64,000 bases of DNA from Vampirovibrionaceae bacterium NZW_1234 (GCA_041697335.1 JBGUGD010000007.1:96001-160000), one strand, 5' to 3'. Positions 40,492 to 50,580 are shown, counted from the stretch's first letter. The notes: generated by a model from the sequence alone, not told the origin. Translations and numbers: made by a program.

Positions 40492-41663
40492 AAAACGTGG
40501 TGATTGTGGATTATGTCCGCACCCCTTTTACCCGAGCATTTGAGCCCAACGCCGGTAAGTCTAAGCAAGGTAAACTGGCACAGGTCCTTCCGGATGATAT
40601 GTTGGTTGCGCTCATTCGCACCTTACTGGAGCGGACCGGCGTTAGCCCCAATGATATTGAAACCCTGCTGACCGGGTGTGTCCACCAGGAAGCCGAACAG
40701 GGCTTGAATATGGCTCGTCTTGTGGTTTTGCATCCCGAATCCGGTTTGCCGCAATCCGTGGGGGGGATTACTCTGGATCGGTTTTGTGGTTCCTCGATGC
40801 AAGTCATTGCAGATGCCAAGAATGCTATTATGGCCGGTGAGGCCGAGATGATGCTGTGTACCGGCGTCCAATCCATGAGCCGAATTCCCGTGGCCGGGTG
40901 GAACGGCATGGTCAATCCGAAAGTGTATACCGGCAATGCCAGAAGCTTTATGAATATGGGCATCACCGCAGAGCATCTGGCAAAAATGTATGACATTGAT
41001 CGTCTTGCTCAGGAGAAATTTTCCTTGGGGTCCCATCAAAAAGCGGCCACAGCGCAAACCAATGGTTGGTTTAAAGATGAAATTGTTCCTATTCAAGGAG
41101 TGAGTCAAGACGATGGTGTACGTGCCGATTCAAGTCTGGAGCAGATGGCCGGGTTGAAGCCTGCCTTCGTCAAAGACGGCACTGTTACGGCAGCAACGTC
41201 ATGTCCTATTACCGATGGGGCTTCTGCGGTGTTGGTGGCTTCAGAGGAGTATGCCCGGGCCAATGACCTGCCAATTTTGGCTCGTATTAAGTCCTTTGCC
41301 AGCTCCGGGTGCGCTCCGGAGATTATGGGGATTGGCCCGGTGGAATCCAGCCGTAAAGCGTTGCAACGTGCCGGTCTAACGATGGCTGATATGGATATTG
41401 TTGAGATCAACGAAGCCTTTGCTGCTCAGGTGCTGGCGGTGCTTAGTGAAATGGAGAAACAAGGTATGCCACTGCCTCAGGAAAAACTGAACCTGGATGG
41501 CGGTGCTATTGCTTTGGGGCATCCCTTCGGAGCGTCCGGTGCACGCCTGGTGGGCAAGGCATCCAGTCTGCTGAAACGAACCGGCAAGCGCTATGCGCTG
41601 ACGACGATGTGTATCGGTGGTGGTCAAGGGATCGCCATGGTGTTGGAAAACCCTGAGGCCTAG
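40488..41663 (+). CDS. fadA: Acetyl-CoA C-acyltransferase (thiolase)
   Basis: RFCGSS, INEAFA, GHPFGASG, MCIGGGQG; ATGA overlap with the upstream gene. Confidence 0.93.
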   Translation: MKNVVIVDYVRTPFTRAFEPNAGKSKQGKLAQVLPDDMLVALIRTLLERTGVSPNDIETLLTGCVHQEAEQGLNMARLVVLHPESGLPQSVGGITLDRFCGSSMQVIADAKNAIMAGEAEMMLCTGVQSMSRIPVAGWNGMVNPKVYTGNARSFMNMGITAEHLAKMYDIDRLAQEKFSLGSHQKAATAQTNGWFKDEIVPIQGVSQDDGVRADSSLEQMAGLKPAFVKDGTVTAATSCPITDGASAVLVASEEYARANDLPILARIKSFASSGCAPEIMGIGPVESSRKALQRAGLTMADMDIVEINEAFAAQVLAVLSEMEKQGMPLPQEKLNLDGGAIALGHPFGASGARLVGKASSLLKRTGKRYALTTMCIGGGQGIAMVLENPEA

Positions 41664-41672
41664 GAGTTAACG

Positions 41673-44312
41673 ATGGAGACTGTCGCAGAAACAGTTGCGC
41701 TTAAACCCCGCTTTGAGATTCAACAGGCTGTGGTTATCGGAGCGGGTGCCATGGGCTCCGGGATTGCCGCTCATTTGGCCAATGCCGGTGTGAATGTTTG
41801 GTTATTGGATATCGTTCCCGAAGGTGCTTCGGACAGAAATGTCATTGCCAACAGTGCCATTCAGCGCATGCTGAAGGCAACCCCCAGTACGGATCCCTTA
41901 AGTGCCGGGTTTATGGAACCCAGTCATGCCCAGCGCATCAAACCCGGCAATATTGAGGATCACCTGGCTGAGGCAGTGGGGGATGCCGATTGGATTGTAG
42001 AAGTCGTCCTGGAAGATCTGCCGACCAAGCGCGAGTTATTTGCAAAGCTGGATGCCCTAAAAAAGCCGGGGGCCATTGTTTCTTCCAATACTTCCACCTT
42101 GCCCTTGAAAGACTTAATTGAAGGACGTTCCTCGGAATTTAAGCGCCAGTTTGCAATAACCCACTTTTTTAATCCCCCGCGCTTTATGCACCTTCTGGAA
42201 GTTGTAGGCGGGGTGGATACCGATCCGGCCGTTGTTGAGGCATTGCGTGATTTTGGTGACGTGCGTCTGGGGAAAAATGTCATTCTCTGCAAAGACACCC
42301 CGGCCTTTATTGCTAACCGCATCGGTATATTTTATATGTTTCGCACTGTGGTGGAGGCTATTGAACAGCAACTCCCTATTGAACAAGTTGATGCCGTTCT
42401 GGGCACACCGATGGGGTATCCCAAAGATGGTATTTTCGGTCTGTTGGACCTGGTTGGGATTGGCATTTTGCCCCATATCTGTGAAAGTCTCCTGAGTACC
42501 TTGCCTCCGGAGGATGCGTTCTGTCGATTAAACCGTGAAAAGACCCTGGAACTGGTTTCGGGACTGATACAGGATGGCCGTACCGGCCGGAAGTCCTCAA
42601 AAGGTGGTTTTTATCGGATGCAGAAACTTCAGGATGGGAAAAAGCAGAAACAAGCCCTGAATTTAAAAACCGGTGACTATTATGATGTTGGCAAGGTCCG
42701 CCTGGAAAGCTTGAAGCGGGCCAAGAAGCTTGGTCCCAAAGCAGTTTTTGAAGCCAACGATGCCATCGGGCGCTTTGCCTGGGTAGTGATGCGGGATACA
42801 TTGTTGTACGCTGCTTCCTTGATCCCCGAAATTGCCGATGATATTGCTGATGTGGATGCGGCCATGCGCGATGGCTACAACGCGAAATGGGGACCCTTTG
42901 AGCTTTTGGATCAGCTTGGCGTCCAATGGTTTTGTGACAAGGTATTGGCTGATGGCCTAGCCTTGCCGCCTTTATTGACCTTGGCCAGTGGTCGGTCTTT
43001 TTATCGAGATTCCAGTGGTACTCGGCAACGCTTGATGTTGGATGAACACGGGGTTTCCGTCTCGTATCAAGCCTTCCCAGACACCCCCGGTGTATTGCGA
43101 TTAGCGGATGTAAAACGCCGTAGCAAGCCTGTTTTATCCCACTATTCAGCCGCTGTGTGGGATATTGGGGATGGGGTCTTGTGTTTTGAATTCCAGTCTA
43201 AGATGAACACTTTGGATCCTTCAATTTTATGGGTTTTAAATCAGACCATTGAATTGATACAAGCTCAGCCGGACTATAAAGCTCTTGTGATTTATAACGA
43301 GGCAAAAAACTTCTCCCTGGGGGCTAACCTGGGACTGATTTATGCGGGTGTACAGGCGGTTCAGTCGCGCTGGTTAAAAAATCTTGGGCTCTCCCACCCG
43401 TTGGCTTCAGCGTTTTACAATCTCGTCAATGCCATGGTGTATCATGGTCAATCGGTTTTTAAGGCGCTTCGGGATGCTCCTTTTCCTGTCGTTGGGGCTC
43501 CCCATGGGATGGCCTTGGGTGGCGGTTGTGAAATCCTGCTTCATTGTGATGCCATTCAAGCCAGTGCGGAGACCTACATGGGGCTGGTGGAAGTGGGTGT
43601 TGGTGTTGTTCCCGGTTGGGGTGGGTGTGTTCGCTTTTTGGAGCGTATGCAACAGTCTCCAGATATCAAGGGTGGCCCCTGTCCTGCTTCTCGGCGTGCT
43701 TTTGAAGCTATTATGATGCCACAGTTATCGGTGAGTACCTCGGCTCACGATGCTTGCCAAAAAGGATGGCTGCGCCCCGGGGATGGGATTACCATGAACC
43801 CGGATCGGTTATTGGCGGAAGCCAAGGCACGTGCTCTTGCAATGGTGGATGAGTATACACCTCCGGAGCCTACGGTGTTTCACTTGCCGGGTCCTGGAGC
43901 CAAGGCCTTATATTCGATGGGAATCGATGATTTTTATGCCAAAGGCGATGCAACCTATGTGGATGTCATGGTGGCCGATGCGCTGTTGGATATTGTGACC
44001 GGCGGGAATACTTACGCCGGTCAGGCGCTGACGGAGAGTGATATTGCCCAATTGGAGCGCGAGCATTTTCTGTCGTTGTTAAAAACCAAGCAAACTCAAG
44101 CACGAATTGCTCATACCTTAAAAACCGGCAAGCCCCTTCGAGAGGACCCTTTAGCGACGAATCCCTCTCTGGACGAGATTCGTGCCACACGGCGAGTAAC
44201 TGCGCTACCCAGGAAAGTGTTGACCGGGCACCCATTAAAAGGTCCTGAAGCGCTCAAGCTTCGGCTTATGGCAGAGATGACGGCGACGCTCTTAAAACAG
44301 GTGGCTCGCTAA
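41673..44312 (+). CDS. 3-hydroxyacyl-CoA dehydrogenase / enoyl-CoA hydratase (FadN-type domain order)
   Basis: GAGAMGSGIA, SNTS, THFFNPPR, FIANRIG; C-half ALGGGCE, GLVEVGVG. Confidence 0.93.
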   Translation: METVAETVALKPRFEIQQAVVIGAGAMGSGIAAHLANAGVNVWLLDIVPEGASDRNVIANSAIQRMLKATPSTDPLSAGFMEPSHAQRIKPGNIEDHLAEAVGDADWIVEVVLEDLPTKRELFAKLDALKKPGAIVSSNTSTLPLKDLIEGRSSEFKRQFAITHFFNPPRFMHLLEVVGGVDTDPAVVEALRDFGDVRLGKNVILCKDTPAFIANRIGIFYMFRTVVEAIEQQLPIEQVDAVLGTPMGYPKDGIFGLLDLVGIGILPHICESLLSTLPPEDAFCRLNREKTLELVSGLIQDGRTGRKSSKGGFYRMQKLQDGKKQKQALNLKTGDYYDVGKVRLESLKRAKKLGPKAVFEANDAIGRFAWVVMRDTLLYAASLIPEIADDIADVDAAMRDGYNAKWGPFELLDQLGVQWFCDKVLADGLALPPLLTLASGRSFYRDSSGTRQRLMLDEHGVSVSYQAFPDTPGVLRLADVKRRSKPVLSHYSAAVWDIGDGVLCFEFQSKMNTLDPSILWVLNQTIELIQAQPDYKALVIYNEAKNFSLGANLGLIYAGVQAVQSRWLKNLGLSHPLASAFYNLVNAMVYHGQSVFKALRDAPFPVVGAPHGMALGGGCEILLHCDAIQASAETYMGLVEVGVGVVPGWGGCVRFLERMQQSPDIKGGPCPASRRAFEAIMMPQLSVSTSAHDACQKGWLRPGDGITMNPDRLLAEAKARALAMVDEYTPPEPTVFHLPGPGAKALYSMGIDDFYAKGDATYVDVMVADALLDIVTGGNTYAGQALTESDIAQLEREHFLSLLKTKQTQARIAHTLKTGKPLREDPLATNPSLDEIRATRRVTALPRKVLTGHPLKGPEALKLRLMAEMTATLLKQVAR

Positions 44313-44370
44313 CGGATCAACTGGCAGAGAAAAGTTTAGGCTGGCAGAAGCCCGACACACTTATTCGGGG

Positions 44371-45783
44371 TTACGGATTTTTCGTAAGGAGCATGTGTTT
44401 CAGATAGCGGGGAGCTGCATAAGAGGTTCCCTGTAACACACTGACTGCATTGGGCTTTCCTGAACCATCGGGATCATAGGTGATAGTGCCATGAACATTG
44501 CGGAAATGAAAAAAGCGGTTGAGCTCCATCAGTTCTCCTTGAGCCGGATGAAACTGGATTCCCGGGAGACTGATGATCTCGGCATCACACAGGCGTTTGA
44601 TGAACTGGACCGGGTAGAGTTTCTGAAAAAGCGGGTGAGTCTTTTTTAGGGTATCTAGTGCCGATGCCAAGGCAGGCTGCTCCAATAGCTTAAAGTCACT
44701 GTATTGTGTGCCAATCAATGAGACGAGGGCTTTTACATCATTCGGAGTGGCCAACATGACATTGCTCGAATGTCCTGCATACTGTTTTACGATGGATCCT
44801 TGTCCTGAAACCTCGTGAGGCGAAATATCGGCTTTACCGTCACCATTCATGTCATAACCTTCCAACTGGCCATTCTCATTGTGAACCTCTGTTACGGCAA
44901 GGGTTCCCTGAGCATACCCGTGGACAAGGGCCCGGCTGCCGGAGTAGGGAGTAATTTGGCCTTTTGCATTGGTGGCTCCCACGATATGCGTGCCTTCGGC
45001 AAGTGCAAAGATATTGATATCATCAGGTCCTTCGTTACCGCCTCCGATGGTTACCTTTGGCTTTGGTTGGCATTCGTATAGATATGCCAGCATCAGGTCT
45101 TCAATCCGAGTCGTTGTTTCAAACTGACTCCGATGTTTCTCCAAAAGGAATCTCGATGCGTCAGGCTGGCTTTTTAGAGGACTGACAATATGATGGCGCA
45201 GTGGTTTCAGCTTGCTATTTGATAATAGTGGTTTTGGAAGGTCATCCCGATAGCCGTATTTGAGGAGTTGGCGATTGATTAGGGTACGGGTTGCGTCAGG
45301 TCCATGGTGGTCTCGAATCTGAACGAGTGGGTTTAGGTGTAAGCTGGCCTCGAATTGATTTTGGCGCAGCATGGCCTTATCGCGGAGGGAAAAATTAATG
45401 CCGTCAAAAAATGGGAACGTGTTTCCCAATTTCGAAATAATATCTTCGCATGCCATCTTGATGGCCAAGTGCTCGGGAAATTTTCGAAGGAGCGGCCCGA
45501 TATCATACCGATGGGTTGTGATGGCCTTGTTCTTCAGCTGAGCTTCAACGACTCGTCCATGGCTGATGTCGGGGATTCCATCCCCATCAATGTCCACATG
45601 TTTGGCTTCCAAAGCTGGCACTGACAGGTGTTCTCTTGAAACGCCAGATGAGCTTATAGGGGTTTCCCGGGCCTTGGAAAATTCGTCCACGATTAGGACG
45701 TGGTACTGCTTTCGAGGGCCCATCGTTTTGTTGTTTCCAAAGCGCGGGATTGTTGTTCTTTCAGCGTTAGGGGGCAGGATCAT
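44371..45783 (-). CDS. S8/subtilase-like serine peptidase with RFG leader
   Basis: LIVD, DIDGDG..SHG, INFS, GGGN, VGAT, GTSYAAP. Confidence 0.8.
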   Translation of the reverse strand: MILPPNAERTTIPRFGNNKTMGPRKQYHVLIVDEFSKARETPISSSGVSREHLSVPALEAKHVDIDGDGIPDISHGRVVEAQLKNKAITTHRYDIGPLLRKFPEHLAIKMACEDIISKLGNTFPFFDGINFSLRDKAMLRQNQFEASLHLNPLVQIRDHHGPDATRTLINRQLLKYGYRDDLPKPLLSNSKLKPLRHHIVSPLKSQPDASRFLLEKHRSQFETTTRIEDLMLAYLYECQPKPKVTIGGGNEGPDDINIFALAEGTHIVGATNAKGQITPYSGSRALVHGYAQGTLAVTEVHNENGQLEGYDMNGDGKADISPHEVSGQGSIVKQYAGHSSNVMLATPNDVKALVSLIGTQYSDFKLLEQPALASALDTLKKTHPLFQKLYPVQFIKRLCDAEIISLPGIQFHPAQGELMELNRFFHFRNVHGTITYDPDGSGKPNAVSVLQGTSYAAPRYLKHMLLTKNP

Positions 45784-45927
45784 CTTGCGGCTTCTTTATG
45801 GTTTTTTCCCTCTGGGTCGGAATGAGATTACAACGCGGGTGAAGGCTGAAAATTGCCTTACCGGTTGAGCCTGGCTCATGGCGCTCATGGACCAAGGGGT
45901 TGTCAAAGTCGAAAAACATGTGTATTA

Positions 45928-45954
45928 TTGCAAATGAGAATCATTATCAATAAG
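45928..45954. promoter_or_regulatory. Fur-family box 1
   Basis: GCAAATGAGAATCATTATC (45930-45948) matches the 19-bp GATAATGATAATCATTATC consensus at 16/19. Confidence 0.7.
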
Positions 45955-46087
45955 ATGTGAGGCGGTCGTTTTGTAAAGCCGATATTAATGGAATTGGTAG
46001 GGGAAGAGCGGGGCAAGTGGCCGATATGCATGACCCGGTAAGCCTCGCTTGCTTTCCCTTATTTGCAAATAAATCAGGGAGTGTTTC

Positions 46088-46558
46088 ATGTCTCGTTCCA
46101 GGCAACGTTATTACCTGAATTACTTTGAAATTATGGATCCTCCCAGCCGGGAGGCACTCAGTGCAATTTATCATCTTGCGCACGATGCCTCTCAGTCCAT
46201 TGGTCAGCATGTACTTTGTGCCATGCACTATTCGGTCAAGAACCCCGCATTGTTTCGTTTGACCATCCAGAATGTCAGTCTGCGGTTGGCCTTAAAATAT
46301 GCCTATCAGCGAAGTCAAACGCATAAAGTGGCGCAGTTGACCCAAGCGCTGGAGGATTTTCACATTGCGTTGGATGCGTTTATGCTTGGTCTTTCTTTGC
46401 CTGAGGTGGAGCTGATGAGACAAGCTCGTCCCTATGTTCCTTCCTCGGTGCGTCAGCGATCCACCCCGTTTGCGATGGACACCTTGGTTCAATATAAATA
46501 TTTAATGCGCCCATTTTTGCATCGGCTCAAGCAGGCCTTACAACATCAGGCTGCTTAA
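46088..46558 (+). CDS. Hypothetical helical protein
   Basis: RBS GGGAG; 156-aa ORF downstream of Fur-like box 1. Confidence 0.65.
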   Translation: MSRSRQRYYLNYFEIMDPPSREALSAIYHLAHDASQSIGQHVLCAMHYSVKNPALFRLTIQNVSLRLALKYAYQRSQTHKVAQLTQALEDFHIALDAFMLGLSLPEVELMRQARPYVPSSVRQRSTPFAMDTLVQYKYLMRPFLHRLKQALQHQAA

Positions 46559-46671
46559 CACAGGAACAAGGTTATCGGTTTGATATTCACTAGTCTGGCA
46601 ATGGTTTCTTCTTTGAAGACAGATAATCTTGAAAGGAGGAAGAGAGGTTAAATTATGGGAGTTTGATACGT

Positions 46672-46980
46672 ATGGAAAAGATAAACCCTCAGGAGTTTAT
46701 TGCGGAGGCCTGTCCCAATACTCAGGTTGATATTGAAGAAATTGTTCATGTGGTTGAGGTGACCAAGTCCGAAGCCGATGCTGCTGCGGAAAGGGCTGGT
46801 ATTGCAGAGGCTGAGTCTGCCTTTGTCCCTGATGCCGGCATGAAGGAAGTCGAGATGAAGACGGCAATAGCAAAAAAAGAGGCGAACCGGGCTTTGATTG
46901 CTGAAGAGGTTGTGACGACCATTATACAGGCTGTGGTTTGCGAAGAAGAAGACCCCTCGAATCCCTCAAAGCAACAATAA
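46672..46980 (+). CDS. Hypothetical acidic Ala/Glu-rich protein
   Basis: GGGAG RBS; followed by a terminator. Confidence 0.65.
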   Translation: MEKINPQEFIAEACPNTQVDIEEIVHVVEVTKSEADAAAERAGIAEAESAFVPDAGMKEVEMKTAIAKKEANRALIAEEVVTTIIQAVVCEEEDPSNPSKQQ

Positions 46981-47013
46981 TTGGCGCACAGCGTAGAGGT
47001 GTGACACACAGAA

Positions 47014-47047
47014 AAAACGAGGTGTGATAACTATCCCACCTCGTTTT
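47014..47047. terminator. Bidirectional intrinsic terminator
   Basis: AAAACGAGGTG...CACCTCGTTTT between convergent genes. Confidence 0.8.
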
Positions 47048-47069
47048 CGTTGCTTTCCTACCTATAGTT

Positions 47070-47981
47070 TTATTTCTTTTTTAAACCCGTAAAGTCGAAG
47101 TTAATGGTATCTGCAGTTTGCCCATTGGTAAATTCGGCAGTGCTGCGACCTTTTTCCTCAACCCCTTTTGTGCCGGTTTGCCCGGGTTTTGTGAGGTTGT
47201 AACCAAAAGACTTAATCCCAGGTTTGCCTCCCGGACCTTCCTCACCAAAGCCCCGAACTTGCTCTTTACCCGTATTTTTATCGTAAGACACAAATTTGAG
47301 GTTTCCGGCCTTGGCTTCGGCCTCGTCCAGTTTGCCATCATTATTTTTATCAAACCCGGACTTTTTAATGGCCTCAGGGTCCTTGGTACTTTGAATTTCA
47401 TCCGCCTGGAACTTGCCGTCGTTATTTTTATCTTCGAACAGCATGTCGTCTTCCCATTTGTTGACTTCTTTTTCGCCCGTGCCGTCATCAATTTTGACTT
47501 TGCCTTTATCGTCACCCAAGAGGGTCATTTTGCCGTCGCCATTAGAATCGACGGCAAAGGGATCGGCCTTGCCTGTGCCGATATCTTGTTTTTGCTGTTC
47601 AGATAAACCGCCCATGGGTTCCCATTGGTCATGATTTTTGGACCATACCCATTCCGTTCCGGGTGGTGGATCTTCTGTCGGTTTCGGCTTGGTCGGGTTA
47701 ATACCGCCAGCGCCACTATCGCCGCCCATGCCGCCAGCATCGGAGGCTTCTTCGCCACCGCCCAGACCGCCGCCTTCACCGAAAATGTCATCTTCTTCAA
47801 AGTCGTTCCACAATGTGTCTGCGTTCACATCGATCTGATCTTGAGGGTCCTCCTCTAAATTGAGCATCATCATCAGGGGATTCATCGACTCACGACGTGC
47901 CCGCAGATCTCTGTTTTGTTGTTGTAAATCTTGTACAAACGCCTCGTCACCACGAGCGCGCATTGCTGCTCCTATTGCCAT
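47070..47981 (-). CDS. Gly/Asp/Lys-rich protein with DxNxDG calcium-binding-like loops
   Basis: DSNGDG, DKNNDGKF, DKNNDGKLD; no Sec signal. Confidence 0.75.
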   Translation of the reverse strand: MAIGAAMRARGDEAFVQDLQQQNRDLRARRESMNPLMMMLNLEEDPQDQIDVNADTLWNDFEEDDIFGEGGGLGGGEEASDAGGMGGDSGAGGINPTKPKPTEDPPPGTEWVWSKNHDQWEPMGGLSEQQKQDIGTGKADPFAVDSNGDGKMTLLGDDKGKVKIDDGTGEKEVNKWEDDMLFEDKNNDGKFQADEIQSTKDPEAIKKSGFDKNNDGKLDEAEAKAGNLKFVSYDKNTGKEQVRGFGEEGPGGKPGIKSFGYNLTKPGQTGTKGVEEKGRSTAEFTNGQTADTINFDFTGLKKK

Positions 47982-48211
47982 AAATTATACCCACCTGTTA
48001 ACTAACCTACCTATATCCAATCTTAAATATAACAGTAAAAAAACAATTATTTAAAATGTGATGGATTTTTTTTAGACCTATAAAAAAAATATTAATGTAC
48101 GCGTAGGTCACTAGAGCTTAAAGCATTGTTCTTAGCGGGTTTGCTTTGCGTTCATCGAAATCGGTAGTGACATGATAGGCTAATGAAATTCAAGCGGTGA
48201 CCGTATTTAAA

Positions 48212-49420
48212 TCACACCACTCGTGCAGGTTCCCAGAAATCATTCTGGTTGACTTGATGTGTCACTTGGTCCAGTGCTTTGGAAATATCCTGGATCAGAT
48301 CCTCCGCTGCCTCCAGGCCGACGGAGATGCGAAGGAGTTGGTCCGATATTCCCGCTGTTCTTCGGGCTTCTGGGTCCATGGCGGCATGGGTCATGGTGGC
48401 CGGGTGGGCAATGAGGCTCTCAACGCCACCCAATGACTCGGCGAGACTAAAAAGCTCTAAGGCATTTATGAACGAGATGATTTCATCATCACCGCCAATG
48501 AGCTCAAAACTCACCATGCCGCCATAGCCTTTTTGTTGCCGACATGCCAAAAGATGGTTCGGGTGGCTGTTTAGACCTGGATAGTAGACTTTATGTACTG
48601 CAGGGTGTTCCTCCAGAAGTCGTGCAATTTGCAGCGCGCTGGCTTCTTGTTGTCGAATGCGAATATCCAGTGTACGAATTCCGCGTAAGGTTAGATAGCT
48701 GTCAAAGGGTGCACCTGTATTCCCGATACAGTTACTCCACCAGGAAAACAGTTGATGTAATTCCGGGGTTTTCGACACCACTGCCCCACCGACAACATCG
48801 CTGTGGCCATTGATATATTTGGTTGTGGAGTGAACAACAATATCGACCCCCAGATTTAGAGGTTGCTGAAGGGTGGGTGATAAAAATGTATTATCTGCAG
48901 CGCATAACGTTTTGTATGGTTTGGCCAGACGGGTTACGGCCTGAATATCCGTTAAGCGTAATAAGGGGTTACTTGGGGTTTCGATGAGGAGTAGTTTTGG
49001 GGCTTCCCGTTCAAATTCTTGATTTAAGGCTTCCAGGTTGGTTAAGTCCACAAATTTAACCCGGAAATACCCTCGTTCGGCTTTATGTTTCAATAATCGA
49101 TAGGTTCCGCCATAACAGTCATGAGGCGCAAAGATAAGTTCTCCTGGTTCTACGGCATAGAACAGGAGATCGAGCGCTGCCATGCCAGATGCCGTGAGCA
49201 CGGCGCCAAACCCGCCCTCTAAGTTGGCAATGGTTTGAGCGGCATCATCACGTGTGGGGTTTCCGCTTCTGGTGTAGTCATAAGGGCGTTTGCCTTTAAA
49301 CCCGTCAAACGTAAAGTTGCTTGACAGATACAAGGGCGGTATAACGGCTCCATGAGCCGTGTCGGTTTCCACGGCGGATCGTGCGGCAATGGTTGCGGGT
49401 TGATAGGGACGGACTGTCAT
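48212..49420 (-). CDS. metB: Cystathionine gamma-synthase
   Basis: YTRSGNPTR, ASGMAA, DCYGGT, ETPSNP, DNTF, HSTTKYINGHSD, AESLGGVESL. Confidence 0.92.
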   Translation of the reverse strand: MTVRPYQPATIAARSAVETDTAHGAVIPPLYLSSNFTFDGFKGKRPYDYTRSGNPTRDDAAQTIANLEGGFGAVLTASGMAALDLLFYAVEPGELIFAPHDCYGGTYRLLKHKAERGYFRVKFVDLTNLEALNQEFEREAPKLLLIETPSNPLLRLTDIQAVTRLAKPYKTLCAADNTFLSPTLQQPLNLGVDIVVHSTTKYINGHSDVVGGAVVSKTPELHQLFSWWSNCIGNTGAPFDSYLTLRGIRTLDIRIRQQEASALQIARLLEEHPAVHKVYYPGLNSHPNHLLACRQQKGYGGMVSFELIGGDDEIISFINALELFSLAESLGGVESLIAHPATMTHAAMDPEARRTAGISDQLLRISVGLEAAEDLIQDISKALDQVTHQVNQNDFWEPARVV

Positions 49421-49444
49421 GGTCGGATCCTCTCTGATATCTTG

Positions 49445-50467
49445 CTATCGTGTACCAATAGTGTGATGCGCCAGGATTACCTGACGAAAAATGCTTTCGA
49501 GATAGGGAATTTCTTTTAAGAAGGCATCATGGCCATAAAGCGAATGGTGGGTATAACACTGCTTTTTCATGGGAAGTGCATCATACAGATCAGTGATCGA
49601 TTCAATAGGAACCAGTTGATCGTGTGTGAAGCCAACCACAGTGACAGGCACATGGATTTGTTTGGGATCAACATGATGCAAGTCGATGGATTCGGACAAG
49701 GCAAGGTAACGTTCTGGAGACATTCTTCCAATAAACGCCCGGCCTTGGCTTTGTAAGTATGCTTCCAACTCAGTACGATCGGAAAAGCGTTGGCGAAATT
49801 CCTGAGAGGTTCTGTAGGTCGTCATGCCCAACTCTCTCGCCAGGCTCAACGCTCGATCCGGTTGTTGGGTTTCCATGCCAAAGCGAAGAATTTTTCGCTG
49901 AATACTGCGCCAGGCCGATCCCAACGGATCCGGATGATGGGCCGCACAAAGTACCAGGAGCTCTTGAACTCTCTCTGGAAAGAGTTCGCCAAAACTCAGG
50001 GCCACCATTCCCCCATAGGAGGCCCCGATAAAGGCGGCGAGCTGCTTGATGCCGAAATAATTGCATATCACAGCTGCAATACGGGCTTGATCCGTGGGTG
50101 TCACCGGTAAGTTCAGTGCTGTTGCTTCTGCGTCAGACGGAAAAAACTCAAAGGATAAAATTCGGAATTTGCGGGTATCTAAAGTTTTTTCAGGGCCACA
50201 TAATGCAGACCACCACCCCGACTGTTGGGTTTCTGGATTGGGGGATACGAACCGGTTGGCCGAAATGCCTCCTAAAACACAAAAAACGGGGGCTTTCACA
50301 GGACCCACCAATCGGGCGCGAACAGAAACCGGGAAATCAAAGAGCCCATACTCCAAACGAAGGGGTGTTGGAAGTGTTATCTGGCAATCAATATCCTGAT
50401 AAGATTCTCCAGAATACCAGGATTTTGTTGTCTTGAGTGATGATTTGAGGGCCGTTTTCATTGACAT
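49445..50467 (-). CDS. metX: Homoserine O-acyltransferase (short MetX type)
   Basis: LGGISA, GWW, GASYGG nucleophile elbow, TYRT..EF..RF, DQLVP, YGHDAFLKE; start 50467 or 50461 after GGAG. Confidence 0.88.
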   Translation of the reverse strand: MSMKTALKSSLKTTKSWYSGESYQDIDCQITLPTPLRLEYGLFDFPVSVRARLVGPVKAPVFCVLGGISANRFVSPNPETQQSGWWSALCGPEKTLDTRKFRILSFEFFPSDAEATALNLPVTPTDQARIAAVICNYFGIKQLAAFIGASYGGMVALSFGELFPERVQELLVLCAAHHPDPLGSAWRSIQRKILRFGMETQQPDRALSLARELGMTTYRTSQEFRQRFSDRTELEAYLQSQGRAFIGRMSPERYLALSESIDLHHVDPKQIHVPVTVVGFTHDQLVPIESITDLYDALPMKKQCYTHHSLYGHDAFLKEIPYLESIFRQVILAHHTIGTR

Positions 50468-50550
50468 TCTCCGTTGAAATGGCTCTTCCATTTTTGGCTT
50501 AGGTTCCGATTTGCCATATCTGGGATTCTGCTGATTAGGGTCATCGTCAT
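50458..50550 (-). CDS. 30-aa upstream ORF coupled to metX
   Basis: RBS AAAGGA; MTMTLISRIPDMANRNLSQKWKSHFNGECQ; its TGA overlaps the metX ATG at 50461 (ATGA). Confidence 0.4.
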   Translation of the reverse strand: MTMTLISRIPDMANRNLSQKWKSHFNGECQ

Positions 50551-50580
50551 TAATTTCCTTTGCATTTTTCTTGAATTAAG

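Noticed and set aside
45978..46027. Two GCCGATAT octamers as sigma-28 promoters
   Set aside because: No TAAA-like element at 15-nt spacing
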